Of a stretch of 64,000 bases of DNA, positions 48,682-58,139 are shown piece by piece; the first letter of the stretch is position 1, and each line of letters starts with the position of its first letter. A program made the position numbers and the translations under genes. The stretch is from Bacteroidota bacterium (GTDB taxonomy: Bacteria > Bacteroidota > Bacteroidia > Bacteroidales > GCA-2748055): contig JAIFNN010000058.1 of the NCBI GenBank assembly GCA_020047715.1, forward strand, positions 30,975 through 94,974, read 5' to 3'. The notes beneath the pieces are model-generated. The model saw only the letters and a program-made list of their open reading frames with translations, searched no databases and was not told where the DNA came from.

Positions 48682-49674
48682 ATGTTATCCGAAACTATTT
48701 TTTTGAAAAGAGGTTTTTCGGGTTATTCGTTTTTCCTGAAAAAAACCAAACGTATCCACAATCGCAAATCCAAATCCTTGAATTATTCAGGATTGAAAAT
48801 TTGCAGCCTTCTTATTGGTTTTGTCTTACTTTTTTCTTCATGCCGTGATCTTGTTCAGTCTGAGTTTCCTGCTTTTACTCCTGTTCCGGCAATCAATAGC
48901 ATTTTAGCGGCTGACAGTTTGTTCAGGGTACATGTTTCCTTAGCCGGAAGAATAGATAGCAATCAGCTTGATTTAATTGATAATGCAGAGGTTGAGCTTT
49001 TTATTGATGGTCAGTTTAAAGAAACCCTGGACTATACCGGGCAGGGAATTTATTCTTCAACCACCATTGTTGAACCTCTTAAAAATTATGTGTGTGAGGT
49101 TGCAATTCCGGGTTTTCAAAAGCTATCCTGCAGGCAGTCTGTTCCCCAAGCTGCTAGGATTTCGGAAATTGTTCATATAAATCAGGCAGGCAAAGACCCG
49201 GAGGGGTTTACATATCCCGCCATTAAATTTACATTCAATAACAATCCGTTCGAAAAGCAATATTTTGAAGTCGCAATAAAAATGATTAAGCACGGCTACG
49301 AATTGCAACCCGATCTCACAACAATCACAGATCCTGTACTGCTAAACGAGGGACTCCCAATTGCCTTATTCAGCAACGAACTTATCGGAGGAGATAGTTA
49401 CACAATGACTATAAATTATTTAACAGGAAGCGGGGGATCCAGCGGGACAAACCTGTATCCCTTACTTGTTGAACTTCGAACTTTAAGCTATGACTACTAC
49501 AAATACGTTAGGCAGTTGTATTTATATGAAAAAGGACGAAGCCCTGATTTCGGGAGTGGTTTAACTGCTTTCCCACTTTATTCAAATATTGAAGGAGGAT
49601 ATGGGATTTTTGCAGGGTATTCTGCTGTAGTATCGGATACAATAAATCCAAATCAATTTTCAGGAAAAAAATGA
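48682..49674 (+). CDS. DUF4249-family lipoprotein (start uncertain)
   Basis: Lipobox LLFSSC. The C-terminal SNIEGGYGIFAGYS is characteristic of DUF4249. An in-frame TTG at 48793 would give a canonical MKICSLLIGFVLLFSSC signal. Overlaps the TBDR start by 4 nt. Confidence 0.6.
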   Translation: MLSETIFLKRGFSGYSFFLKKTKRIHNRKSKSLNYSGLKICSLLIGFVLLFSSCRDLVQSEFPAFTPVPAINSILAADSLFRVHVSLAGRIDSNQLDLIDNAEVELFIDGQFKETLDYTGQGIYSSTTIVEPLKNYVCEVAIPGFQKLSCRQSVPQAARISEIVHINQAGKDPEGFTYPAIKFTFNNNPFEKQYFEVAIKMIKHGYELQPDLTTITDPVLLNEGLPIALFSNELIGGDSYTMTINYLTGSGGSSGTNLYPLLVELRTLSYDYYKYVRQLYLYEKGRSPDFGSGLTAFPLYSNIEGGYGIFAGYSAVVSDTINPNQFSGKK

Positions 49675-52109
49675 GGAACCAAAAATGCGGTTTACTGGCA
49701 CTGGCCCTTTTTAGTATTGCAAACTTACTTTACGGTCAAAACACGGTACGGATCTCCGGTTTTGTAAAAGACCTTTCCTCAGGTGAAGTGCTCATTGGAG
49801 CAAACATTATTGAAGCAGGAACCAGCCATGGAACTATATCGGATTATAATGGTTACTTCAGCATTCTAATTCCAAGTCCTGCAAAAATTCAGGTGTCATT
49901 TATTGGATACTCTTCTCAGATAATTTCAGATATACCTCTTAAAGATACTTTATTGATTATCCATCTCACTCCGGGAAGTGAGCTTGATGAGGTTATAGTT
50001 AAAGCCGGCAGAACACAGAAATTCAATGTGGCAAGCCTTAAAAACATTGAGCTACAGCAAATACCTGCACTTGGGGGGAAACCCGATGTTTTAAAAGCCA
50101 TTCAACTGCTTCCGGGCATACAGTCGCAGAATGAAGGCTCCAGTTTATTGTTGGTGCGTGGTGGTGACCCCGGACAAAATCTTTATCTTATCGATAACTG
50201 TCCCTTAATCTATGTTAATCATTTAGGGGGATTCACATCGGTGTTTAATCCGGATATCATTAATAATATTCTTGTTTACAAAGGTGGATTTCCTGCCCGT
50301 TATGGAGGTAAAATCTCTTCTGTTGTGGATATTACCCAAAAGGAAGGAGATAAGTCGGGCCTAAAGGGATCTTTTGCGATTGGACTTACTGATGCTTCCT
50401 TTACCGTTGAGGGTCCTCTGAAAATGAAAAACACCAGTTTTATACTAACCGGCAGGAAAACAATGGTTGATGCTTTACTGGGTACCGCAAGCTTATTATC
50501 CAGGGAGGGAGGATTTATTGTTTCATATGGTTATCACGATATCAATGGTAAGTTCACATGGAAACCAAATGATTCCAATAGCATCCATATAAATTTTTAT
50601 GAAGGAGACGATTATCTGAATTATTGGTCACATACTCCCAAATATGGCGAAACAGGGAAAAACCATTTTTTGAATATCTGGGGAAACCGTTTGATTGCTG
50701 CTGATTGGAAACGTTCAGTTTCTCCTAAGCTTTTTATTTCAAACAGTGTTTCATATAGTAATTATCGTCTTAGAGAAAAACAATCCGCCACCATAATAAA
50801 CAACAACCTCAAAGAAAAACTTGAGCGCAGGTATTTAAACTCTGTGCAGGATTTGTTTTTTCAATCGGGATTAAAATACAGCGCCTCCGGAAACTGGACA
50901 ATTGACGCAGGTTTGCAGACATCCTGGTTAATGCATATTCCAAATTACTCATCCTGGTCATCCCAAACCATCCAACCGAAGAAAGAAAAGCTCAATGCTC
51001 TGGAAACGAATTTATTTTTTGATAATACTATTCTACTTCCCGGAGGTTTTAGTCTAAATCCCGGTATCCGTTTTTCAAATTACTTTATTAAGGATTACAG
51101 CAAATCTACCCTTGAACCCAGACTTAATGTGAGTCTGGATGTTAATCCAAACCACGCTCTGAATTTAAGTTACATGAGAGTGAGTCAAAGCTCTCACCTT
51201 ATTTTTACTACCGGAAATATTATGAACAACGAAGTGTGGATCCCGGCAGACAAACAAGTGCCTGTAGCCAGTTCTGATCAGTTTTCTCTTGGGTGGAACG
51301 GAAATTTTAAGGAAAACATGTTTACAGCCGAGCTAAGCCTTTATTACAGAAGAATGCAGAAGCTATCAACCTATAAAGAAGGATATAGGAGTCTGATGGG
51401 AGACGAGAACTGGCGTTCAAAGATTGAATCCGGTGGTAAGGGTGAAGCGATGGGAGCTGAGTTTCTGGTTAGAAAGAATCTGGGCAAATGGACCGGCTTT
51501 GCAGCTTATACCCTTTCTAATGCTACGAGGCAATATCCCGGGATAAACAACGGAAAGGAATATTTATTTGACTATGACCGGCTTCACGTTTTTTCGGCCA
51601 ATGCGAGTTATAAGATGAACGAAAAAATCAGTTTTAGTTTGTCATGGATATTCCAATCGGGCTTGCCTTATACACCCCCCATCGGACGCCAGTTAGTTCC
51701 TTCACTGCAACCCAATGAAAATGGGGATTATTTTTATTATGATGCCTTAATTTACGGAGAGAGAAACAGCGACAGAATGAAAGATTACCACAGGCTTGAT
51801 CTTGGGATGAGCTATTCAACATTAACGAAGAAAAACAAGCGCAGGGCCGTTTGGAGTTTCTCAGTTTATAATGCATACAACCGAAAAAATCCCAATTACT
51901 ATTACTTTAATACCAATAGTACCGGAGAAATAATTTTGCCCGAAATAGGCATGCCCTATAAGCCCGTTTCACTTTATCAGATGAGTCTTTTTCCAATTAT
52001 TCCGAGCTTCTCCTATAAGGTTTTTTTTGATACAAAACCCTTAGGGGAAAATCCTCATACAAAAACCTTCAAGCAAAAGTTCTCCGACTGGCTCTATCAG
52101 GTGAACTAG
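49671..52109 (+). CDS. TonB-dependent receptor with an N-terminal CarboxypepD_reg-like domain
   Basis: ISGFVKDLSSGEVLIGANI...DYNGYFSI (carboxypeptidase-regulatory fold), LDEVIVKA TonB-box region, plug, and a long beta-barrel. Confidence 0.85.
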   Translation: MRNQKCGLLALALFSIANLLYGQNTVRISGFVKDLSSGEVLIGANIIEAGTSHGTISDYNGYFSILIPSPAKIQVSFIGYSSQIISDIPLKDTLLIIHLTPGSELDEVIVKAGRTQKFNVASLKNIELQQIPALGGKPDVLKAIQLLPGIQSQNEGSSLLLVRGGDPGQNLYLIDNCPLIYVNHLGGFTSVFNPDIINNILVYKGGFPARYGGKISSVVDITQKEGDKSGLKGSFAIGLTDASFTVEGPLKMKNTSFILTGRKTMVDALLGTASLLSREGGFIVSYGYHDINGKFTWKPNDSNSIHINFYEGDDYLNYWSHTPKYGETGKNHFLNIWGNRLIAADWKRSVSPKLFISNSVSYSNYRLREKQSATIINNNLKEKLERRYLNSVQDLFFQSGLKYSASGNWTIDAGLQTSWLMHIPNYSSWSSQTIQPKKEKLNALETNLFFDNTILLPGGFSLNPGIRFSNYFIKDYSKSTLEPRLNVSLDVNPNHALNLSYMRVSQSSHLIFTTGNIMNNEVWIPADKQVPVASSDQFSLGWNGNFKENMFTAELSLYYRRMQKLSTYKEGYRSLMGDENWRSKIESGGKGEAMGAEFLVRKNLGKWTGFAAYTLSNATRQYPGINNGKEYLFDYDRLHVFSANASYKMNEKISFSLSWIFQSGLPYTPPIGRQLVPSLQPNENGDYFYYDALIYGERNSDRMKDYHRLDLGMSYSTLTKKNKRRAVWSFSVYNAYNRKNPNYYYFNTNSTGEIILPEIGMPYKPVSLYQMSLFPIIPSFSYKVFFDTKPLGENPHTKTFKQKFSDWLYQVN

Positions 52110-52168
52110 TATAGCAGTTTAAACAATTACTAGATGAATCAGCGAAATATCCATATTATTCCAGCATC

Positions 52169-52726
52169 ATGAAAAGATCAATATTGGCACTTTTATTTTC
52201 AGTCGTTTTTTTATTCAGTGCATTATGTCAGGATTCATACATTAAGAACCGATTGAATTTTAAACTTGCATATTCCAGGTATAACAACGGCTGGCATTCA
52301 GGAATGTCTTCAGAGTCACTAAGAATGGGTAATTATCGTTTGGAAGCGAATTATGGAGTTGCCAAGCATATTGAAATGGGAATCTACACAGGTTTCTCTT
52401 ATTATCAATCAATGACTGGTTATTGGTCATATGGTATCAATGCGAATTATCATCTTCTGCCATTTATAATAGATTCGGATAATTTCAGATTCGATTTGTA
52501 TTTTGCCGGAAAGTTTGGTGGATGGACTTCTTATTATACTCTTAATAATACTTTTGCTTCTAATGACTATTCTCATCGTTCGCCACATAAACTCGAATAC
52601 GGATTTGGCCCCGGTGTTTCATTTTACCTCTGGAAGCATCTGGGTATATTTACCGAGTATTGTTATGGGAAATACTATTATAAAGAGAATAGTAATTTAC
52701 GATATGGACTGACGTTGAAGTTTTAG
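52169..52726 (+). CDS. Small outer-membrane beta-barrel protein (hypothetical)
   Basis: Signal peptide, Tyr/Gly-rich alternating strands, and a C-terminal ...YGLTLKF ending in Phe. Confidence 0.5.
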   Translation: MKRSILALLFSVVFLFSALCQDSYIKNRLNFKLAYSRYNNGWHSGMSSESLRMGNYRLEANYGVAKHIEMGIYTGFSYYQSMTGYWSYGINANYHLLPFIIDSDNFRFDLYFAGKFGGWTSYYTLNNTFASNDYSHRSPHKLEYGFGPGVSFYLWKHLGIFTEYCYGKYYYKENSNLRYGLTLKF

Positions 52727-52975
52727 GGGTATTGTAAAATAAAAAGGCTACTTATATTTTTCATAAATAAAATCGAAGTCCCTGTTGTTGTGTAAAATTT
52801 TAAAAGCGTTTTTAATTGCATAGTAGGCAATCATGCAATGGTTATAAAAGCAGCATCAGGAGCCGATGCAGTCCAGGTGGTTTATTACATAAGTTGCAAG
52901 TGAGTGGTATTAAAGCATGTTAGTTCGGTAAAAGGGTAGACAAGTCAGGAAAAAACTTACAATTCTTGACATTTG

Positions 52976-52996
52976 TACCAATAATTGGTATCTTTG
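52976..52996 (+). promoter_or_regulatory. parDE promoter with an overlapping perfect palindromic operator
   Basis: TACCAAT-A-ATTGGTA (52976-52990) overlaps the -7 box TATCTTTG (52989-52996). A TTGACA lies at 52966-52971. Confidence 0.5.
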
Positions 52997-53010
52997 AAAA
53001 AAAACGAATT

Positions 53011-53262
53011 ATGGATAGAAATACTTCAATATCAATAGGAGACTATTTTGACAGTTTTATTAAAAGCAGAATATCTACTGGGCGATACAAAAATGCAAGT
53101 GAAGTTGTTCGGGCTGGATTAAGGCTTCTAGAAGAAGAAGAAAATAAGATTATGGCGTTAAGAGCCGCTATACAAGAAGGTATTGAAAGCGGAATTGCTC
53201 AAAATTTTGATCCGGATACACATTTGAGTAAATTAAAAACTAATAAAAACTTGAATGTCTAA
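53011..53262 (+). CDS. parD: Type II antitoxin, ParD (ribbon-helix-helix) family
   Basis: RYKNASEVVRAGLRLLEEEE is the ParD/CC2985-family signature. ATG at 53011 preferred. Confidence 0.8.
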   Translation: MDRNTSISIGDYFDSFIKSRISTGRYKNASEVVRAGLRLLEEEENKIMALRAAIQEGIESGIAQNFDPDTHLSKLKTNKNLNV

Positions 53263-53557
53263 TTTTAAGTTTACAAATAAAGCTCTTTTTGACTTAACTC
53301 AGATTTGGAATTACACCTTGAAGAAGTGGTCGGAAGGCCAAGCAGACAGATACTATCATATGCTTATTGATAATTGCAAAGAGGTTGCATGTAACCCGGA
53401 TTTAGGAAGAAATTATTCTGAAGTAATTACAAATTTGTTGGGATTTAAAGCAGGCAGACACATTATTTTTTACCGTAAGATTTCAGATGACGAAATAGAA
53501 ATCACAAGAATTCTGCATGAGCAAATGGATATTGAGAATAGACTAAAAGATAAATAA
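53255..53557 (+). CDS. parE: Type II toxin, RelE/ParE family
   Basis: 100 aa, ...DLTQIWNY...WSEGQADRY...HIIFYR...IEITRILHEQMD. Overlaps parD by 8 nt. Confidence 0.8.
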   Translation: MSNFKFTNKALFDLTQIWNYTLKKWSEGQADRYYHMLIDNCKEVACNPDLGRNYSEVITNLLGFKAGRHIIFYRKISDDEIEITRILHEQMDIENRLKDK

Positions 53558-53744
53558 CCGCACATATAAATAGAACTTAATTTGGCCTGAAAGGCCTGAC
53601 ATTAAGTCCCTGTTGAACTAAATCCCAGCTAAATCTTCTGGACTTTATCTCAAACCATAAGGAATCCGTTTCTTTATCACAACAATAACTTTCTGATAAT
53701 TTGAAAGATTTCCTAATATTTGATAAAGTCTGTATCTTTGGACT

Positions 53745-54146
53745 ATGACCAAGCCAGAATTTGATAAGGATAAATTGATTAAGCACTGGATTGAAAGCTC
53801 TGATGAGGATTTCGAGACTATGATGGTTTTATTTGAATCAAAGAAATATTCCTGGGCTTTGTTTGTCGGCCACCTAATGGTAGAGAAATTACTGAAAGCG
53901 CTATTTGTTAAGGTAAATGGGGATCATCCACCTTTAATTCATAATCTATACAGACTTGCTGAGCTAAGTAAAATTGATTTAACTGACGAGCAATCAGACA
54001 TGCTTGATAAGATTACCACCTTTAATATTAATGCCAGGTATGAAGATTTTAAAAAGGAATTTTCTTCATTGTGTACTTTTGATTTTACAAAAAACTGGAT
54101 TGAAAAAATTAACATAATGAGGTCATGGATAAAAATGATGCTTTAA
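53745..54146 (+). CDS. HEPN domain protein
   Basis: HLMVEKLLKALF...HNLYRLAE helix pattern of HEPN (PF05168-like). Paired with a nucleotidyltransferase. Confidence 0.7.
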   Translation: MTKPEFDKDKLIKHWIESSDEDFETMMVLFESKKYSWALFVGHLMVEKLLKALFVKVNGDHPPLIHNLYRLAELSKIDLTDEQSDMLDKITTFNINARYEDFKKEFSSLCTFDFTKNWIEKINIMRSWIKMML

Positions 54147-54427
54147 AAATTGCCGGTGATTATGCTGTTGAACTGAATGCGAATTTTAATTCCATAAGAA
54201 TAATTCTCTTTGGTTCATATGCGAAAGGGAATTTTAATGATGATAGTGATATTGATATAGCTGTTATTTTCAAAGATTATAAAAGTTTTCCCGACATGCA
54301 GTTTGAATTAATGAAACTCAGACGAAAAGTTGATAGCCGGATTGAACCCCATCCATTTAGAGAAAGTGAGTTTGATACATCGAACCCGGTTGTAAATGAG
54401 ATTATTAAATATGGAAAAGAACTCTAA
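54125..54427 (+). CDS. Minimal nucleotidyltransferase (MNT) domain protein
   Basis: GSYAKGNFNDDSDIDIAV (GS-x9-DxD pol-beta fold signature). Overlaps the HEPN gene by 22 nt. Confidence 0.8.
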   Translation: MDKNDALKIAGDYAVELNANFNSIRIILFGSYAKGNFNDDSDIDIAVIFKDYKSFPDMQFELMKLRRKVDSRIEPHPFRESEFDTSNPVVNEIIKYGKEL

Positions 54428-54484
54428 TAGCAATAGTTTATCTGGTTAAAAATAACGCAATTCAAATTCCGTAATCCATCTTAA

Positions 54485-55492
54485 ATGTTCGAAAACACCG
54501 ATATCGACAAACTCTTCAAGAAGTTCAGAAAGCAAAAAGTTTTAATTATTGGCGATGTAATGATCGACACCTACCTCTGGGGCAGGGTGGATCGCATTTC
54601 ACCTGAAGCGCCCGTTCCGGTTTTATCAAATATTCATACCGAAAAGCGCCTTGGGGGTGCGGCCAATGTAGCCCTTAACATAAAAGCCATGGGTGCGGTT
54701 CCTATTTTGTGCTCCGTAATCGGCGACGATGAAAGGGGCAAGGAGTTTATTGAACTGATGAACTGCCAGAACCTTACAGACATTGGAATCATTATCGACT
54801 CAAAAAGAATTACTACCCAAAAAACCCGCGTGATTAGCGGCAACCAACATTTGTTGAGGCTGGATGAGGAGCAGGACGATTATATCAACCCAGAACCCGA
54901 GAAACGGATTATTGATATTGTTGAGAATATGCTCACCGAAGGTAAAATCGACTCCATCATTTTCCAGGACTACGATAAGGGAGTGATCACCCCTAAGATC
55001 ATAGCGGAGGTTGTCAAGGTGGCTAACAAGCAGAAAGTTCCTGTGCTTGTTGATCCCAAAAAGAGGAATTTCTTAGCCTATGAAAAGGTGTCGCTCTTCA
55101 AACCGAATTTTAAAGAGCTTAATCAGGGCTTGAAAGCCGAGATCGACAAGCACGATCTGGAGAGTATTGCCAGTGCCATGGAAAACCTTCGTAAATCGAG
55201 AAATCACAAGATGGTGATGGTCACCCTTTCCGAACTCGGGATTATGATTAACGACAAGAACAGCTATCATCATCTTTCTGCCGAGATACGGGACATTGCA
55301 GATGTTTCGGGCGCGGGCGACTCGGTAATAAGCCTGGCTTGCCTTTGTCTGGCAGCTGGACTATCCCCTGTAGAGATTGCGGCGCTCTCGAATCTTGCCG
55401 GGGGGCAGGTCTGCGAAAGGGCAGGGGTTGTTCCTGTCGACAGGCTACAGCTCATGGAAGAATTCAAGGCCTTTATTCTTGAAAAAGATTAA
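54485..55492 (+). CDS. PfkB-family sugar kinase resembling D-glycero-beta-D-manno-heptose-7-phosphate kinase (RfaE/HldE domain I only)
   Basis: VLIIGDVMIDTYLWGRVDRISPEAPVPVL closely resembles the HldE N-terminus. C-terminal DVSGAGDS PfkB motif. No adenylyltransferase domain. Confidence 0.7.
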   Translation: MFENTDIDKLFKKFRKQKVLIIGDVMIDTYLWGRVDRISPEAPVPVLSNIHTEKRLGGAANVALNIKAMGAVPILCSVIGDDERGKEFIELMNCQNLTDIGIIIDSKRITTQKTRVISGNQHLLRLDEEQDDYINPEPEKRIIDIVENMLTEGKIDSIIFQDYDKGVITPKIIAEVVKVANKQKVPVLVDPKKRNFLAYEKVSLFKPNFKELNQGLKAEIDKHDLESIASAMENLRKSRNHKMVMVTLSELGIMINDKNSYHHLSAEIRDIADVSGAGDSVISLACLCLAAGLSPVEIAALSNLAGGQVCERAGVVPVDRLQLMEEFKAFILEKD

Positions 55493-55510
55493 ATCAAACT
55501 TTTAATTACC

Positions 55511-56419
55511 TCATTTCCAATCGTAAGGAGTTTCCTGATAAACATAATAATTCAACCAGTTGGAGAACAGCAGGTTCGCATGAGCTCTCCATCGGATAAC
55601 AGGTTGATTTTTCGGGTTGTTATCGGGGAAATAATTCTCGGGTACTTCAATAGCCAGACCTCTTGATACATCCCTGTCGTACTCGTTTTTAAGGGTGAGG
55701 GGATTGTACTCGAGATGCCCTGAAATAAAAATCTGCCGACCGTCTTTCGATACTACGATGTTTGACCCAACCTTGTCGGAATAAGCCAATACGAAAAGAT
55801 CCGGATGGTTTTGAAGATCGTTGAGATGGTTTTCGGTGTGCCGGGAATGGGGTGCCGGGAAAATATCGTCGAAACCCCTGACCAGCGGCACTTTTGGGTC
55901 GGTGATGTTATGATCGAAAACTCCAAATGCCTTTTTCTTCAGGGGATATTTTTGTATGCCGTAATGATAGAACAATCCTGCCTGAGCTCCCCAGCATATA
56001 TGGAGGGTGCTGGTAACATTGGTTTTGCTCCATTCCAGAACCTCGCAAAGGGATTTCCAGTAATCGACTTCTTCAAATTCGAGAAGTTCTACCGGTGCCC
56101 CTGTGATTATCAAGCCGTCGTATTTCTTGTGCCTGATCTGGTCAAAGGTTTTGTAAAACACCTGGAGATGCTCGCGGGGAGTGTTTTTCGATTCGTGCTC
56201 ATCCATATAAAACAGGTCCAGTTCCAACTGAAGTGATGTGTTGGAAAGGGTGCGTATGAGATCGGTTTCCGTAACGATTTTTACAGGCATCAGGTTGAGC
56301 AGTGCAATGCGCAGGGGGCGGATATCCTGTTTTTCAGCCCGCTCTTCTTCCATGATAAAGATATTCTCATTCTTTAACTCTACAATTGCGGGGAGGTTAT
56401 TGGGGACGTTTATGGGCAT
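55511..56419 (-). CDS. metA: Homoserine O-acyltransferase, MetA family
   Basis: [22 protein letters not shown] and ICWGAQAG (catalytic Cys). ATG at 56419 preferred over 56470. Confidence 0.9.
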   Translation of the reverse strand: MPINVPNNLPAIVELKNENIFIMEEERAEKQDIRPLRIALLNLMPVKIVTETDLIRTLSNTSLQLELDLFYMDEHESKNTPREHLQVFYKTFDQIRHKKYDGLIITGAPVELLEFEEVDYWKSLCEVLEWSKTNVTSTLHICWGAQAGLFYHYGIQKYPLKKKAFGVFDHNITDPKVPLVRGFDDIFPAPHSRHTENHLNDLQNHPDLFVLAYSDKVGSNIVVSKDGRQIFISGHLEYNPLTLKNEYDRDVSRGLAIEVPENYFPDNNPKNQPVIRWRAHANLLFSNWLNYYVYQETPYDWK

Positions 56420-56709
56420 TTCGGTATGTTTTCTATTTTCATAAAAAATGAACGCCGCAAAGGTACACAAAGTTTAAAAATATCTTCAATTTGTGGTTTG
56501 TGAAGTTGAAACATCAGGTTATGGCGGATGGCATTTTTAATCCCTGAAATTTGTGATGGTGCGAATCATAGCGTACAAATCCCCTCTCCCTAAAAGCAAT
56601 AGCTCAAATGAACATACCATTCGATAAAAATGTTAGGGGGCTTGAGAAAAGCAGTTTTTTATTTCGCATGTGATGCTTACTTTTATCTGAAACAATAATT
56701 GAGAATACT

Positions 56710-57846
56710 ATGAAATTCGAAACCAAAGCCATTTGGGTGGGACAAGAGGCTGATGAGACCACGGGAGCAACAATTGTCCCCATTTACCAAACATCAACCT
56801 TCACGCAGTCGGAAGTCAATAAACACAAAGGATACGAATATTCAAGGGTGGCAAATCCAACACGTACCGCCCTGGATGTTTGCCTTGCAAGTCTTGAGGA
56901 AGGTAAACACGGGCTCACGTTCTCATCCGGACTCGCCGCCGAACACGCCGTGCTCTCTGTTCTTCGTCCAGACGACCATGTAATCGTGCCCATCGATATG
57001 TATGGTGGCACCTATCGTCTTATCAAAGAAGTTCTTGAGCCCTACAACATTCAGTTTACTTTTGTCGATTTCACCCGACTGGATGAAATTGAAAGTGCAT
57101 TCCTTCCAAACACGAAGCTTGTATGGATCGAAACTCCTACAAACCCGGTCCTTAAGATTTTCGATATTTCGGCAATTGCGCTAATCAGCCATAACCATAA
57201 TGCCATTGTGGTTGTCGATAACACCTTTGCAACCCCATATTTCCAAAAGCCATTGCTCCTGGGAGCCGACATCGTGATCCACAGCACAACCAAATACATC
57301 AACGGTCATTCGGATGTTATCGGGGGAGCGGTTATCCTGAACGATAAAATTTTATACGACAAGATATTCCTCATTCAGAAAACCGTTGGTGCTGTGCCCT
57401 CACCCTTCGATTCATGGCTTACCCTCAGGGGTGTAAAAACCCTTGCTATCAGGATGAAGCAACATGAGCAGAACGCTTTTGCTGTGGCTCAGCTTCTGCA
57501 AACACTTCCAAATGTAGAAAAAGTGTTTTTCCCCGGTCTTGCAGACCATCCCGGTCATGAAATTGCCAAAAAGCAGATGACGGGTTTTGGCGGACTCGTA
57601 TCGTTCCAGATAAAAGGCGGGCTTGATGAGGCTAATATTTTCTTCAAAAAATTAAAGGTTTTCCAGCTGGCGGATAGTCTCGGGGGAGTGGAATCGCTGG
57701 CAAATTATTCGGCCCTTATGACACATGAATCGTTTCCCCACGACCTCAGGCAGAAAATCGGTGTTACCGACAATCTTATCCGCTTGTCGATCGGGATCGA
57801 ACATATCGATGATTTATTGGAAGACCTCAGGAATGGACTAAGTTGA
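56710..57846 (+). CDS. Cys/Met-metabolism PLP-dependent enzyme (cystathionine gamma-synthase / gamma- or beta-lyase family)
   Basis: HSTTKYINGHSDV PLP-lysine motif and VDNTFATPY. 378 aa. Confidence 0.9.
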   Translation: MKFETKAIWVGQEADETTGATIVPIYQTSTFTQSEVNKHKGYEYSRVANPTRTALDVCLASLEEGKHGLTFSSGLAAEHAVLSVLRPDDHVIVPIDMYGGTYRLIKEVLEPYNIQFTFVDFTRLDEIESAFLPNTKLVWIETPTNPVLKIFDISAIALISHNHNAIVVVDNTFATPYFQKPLLLGADIVIHSTTKYINGHSDVIGGAVILNDKILYDKIFLIQKTVGAVPSPFDSWLTLRGVKTLAIRMKQHEQNAFAVAQLLQTLPNVEKVFFPGLADHPGHEIAKKQMTGFGGLVSFQIKGGLDEANIFFKKLKVFQLADSLGGVESLANYSALMTHESFPHDLRQKIGVTDNLIRLSIGIEHIDDLLEDLRNGLS

Positions 57847-58023
57847 CGATTGAGACTTCAGAATAATTGGAATGAATTCATTTCAAATTCTCTTTATTCC
57901 TATTTTGACAGAACTATTTTCTTTGCCTGACTGTTATGAAATCCTGCGTGACAGTCCCAAAACCTTTTTTAGTATTTTTATATCCCGTCTGCCAGAGAGC
58001 GAAAAACTACTGAAAGAAAAACA

Positions 58024-58031
58024 TATCTTTG
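58024..58031 (+). promoter_or_regulatory. Bacteroidota-type -7 box upstream of the TerC gene (predicts a ~100-nt leader)
   Basis: TATCTTTG lies 108 nt upstream of the ATG at 58140. Confidence 0.35.
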
Positions 58032-58139
58032 GCCATTATTTTTTTGAATTGATTGAGGCGCGCCAAAAAGTATGAAGTTATTACTGAGCAGACCTGGTCT
58101 TTCAGACTTTGTGTATTACTTATAAAACAATTAGTTAAC

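Noticed and set aside
56420-56709. Possible SAM riboswitch in the divergent metA / transsulfuration-gene spacer
   Set aside because: I could not find the SAM-I core elements (for example a GAGGGA...GCCC...GCAACC arrangement). The metA -7 box leaves only a ~35-nt leader. The only structure on the + strand is a weak 8-bp stem with a 46-nt loop. This would need cmscan to exclude formally.
57872-58075. 67-aa ORF upstream of terC
   Set aside because: It has no motif, overlaps the predicted terC promoter and leader, and is AT-rich. It is probably non-coding.
58032-58139. yybP-ykoY (Mn2+) riboswitch in the ~100-nt leader of the TerC gene
   Set aside because: TerC genes often carry this riboswitch. 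Here the conserved GGGGAGUAG and UUGACAUA-type elements are absent, and only a bulged hairpin (about 58084-58105) is present. Not supported by eye.
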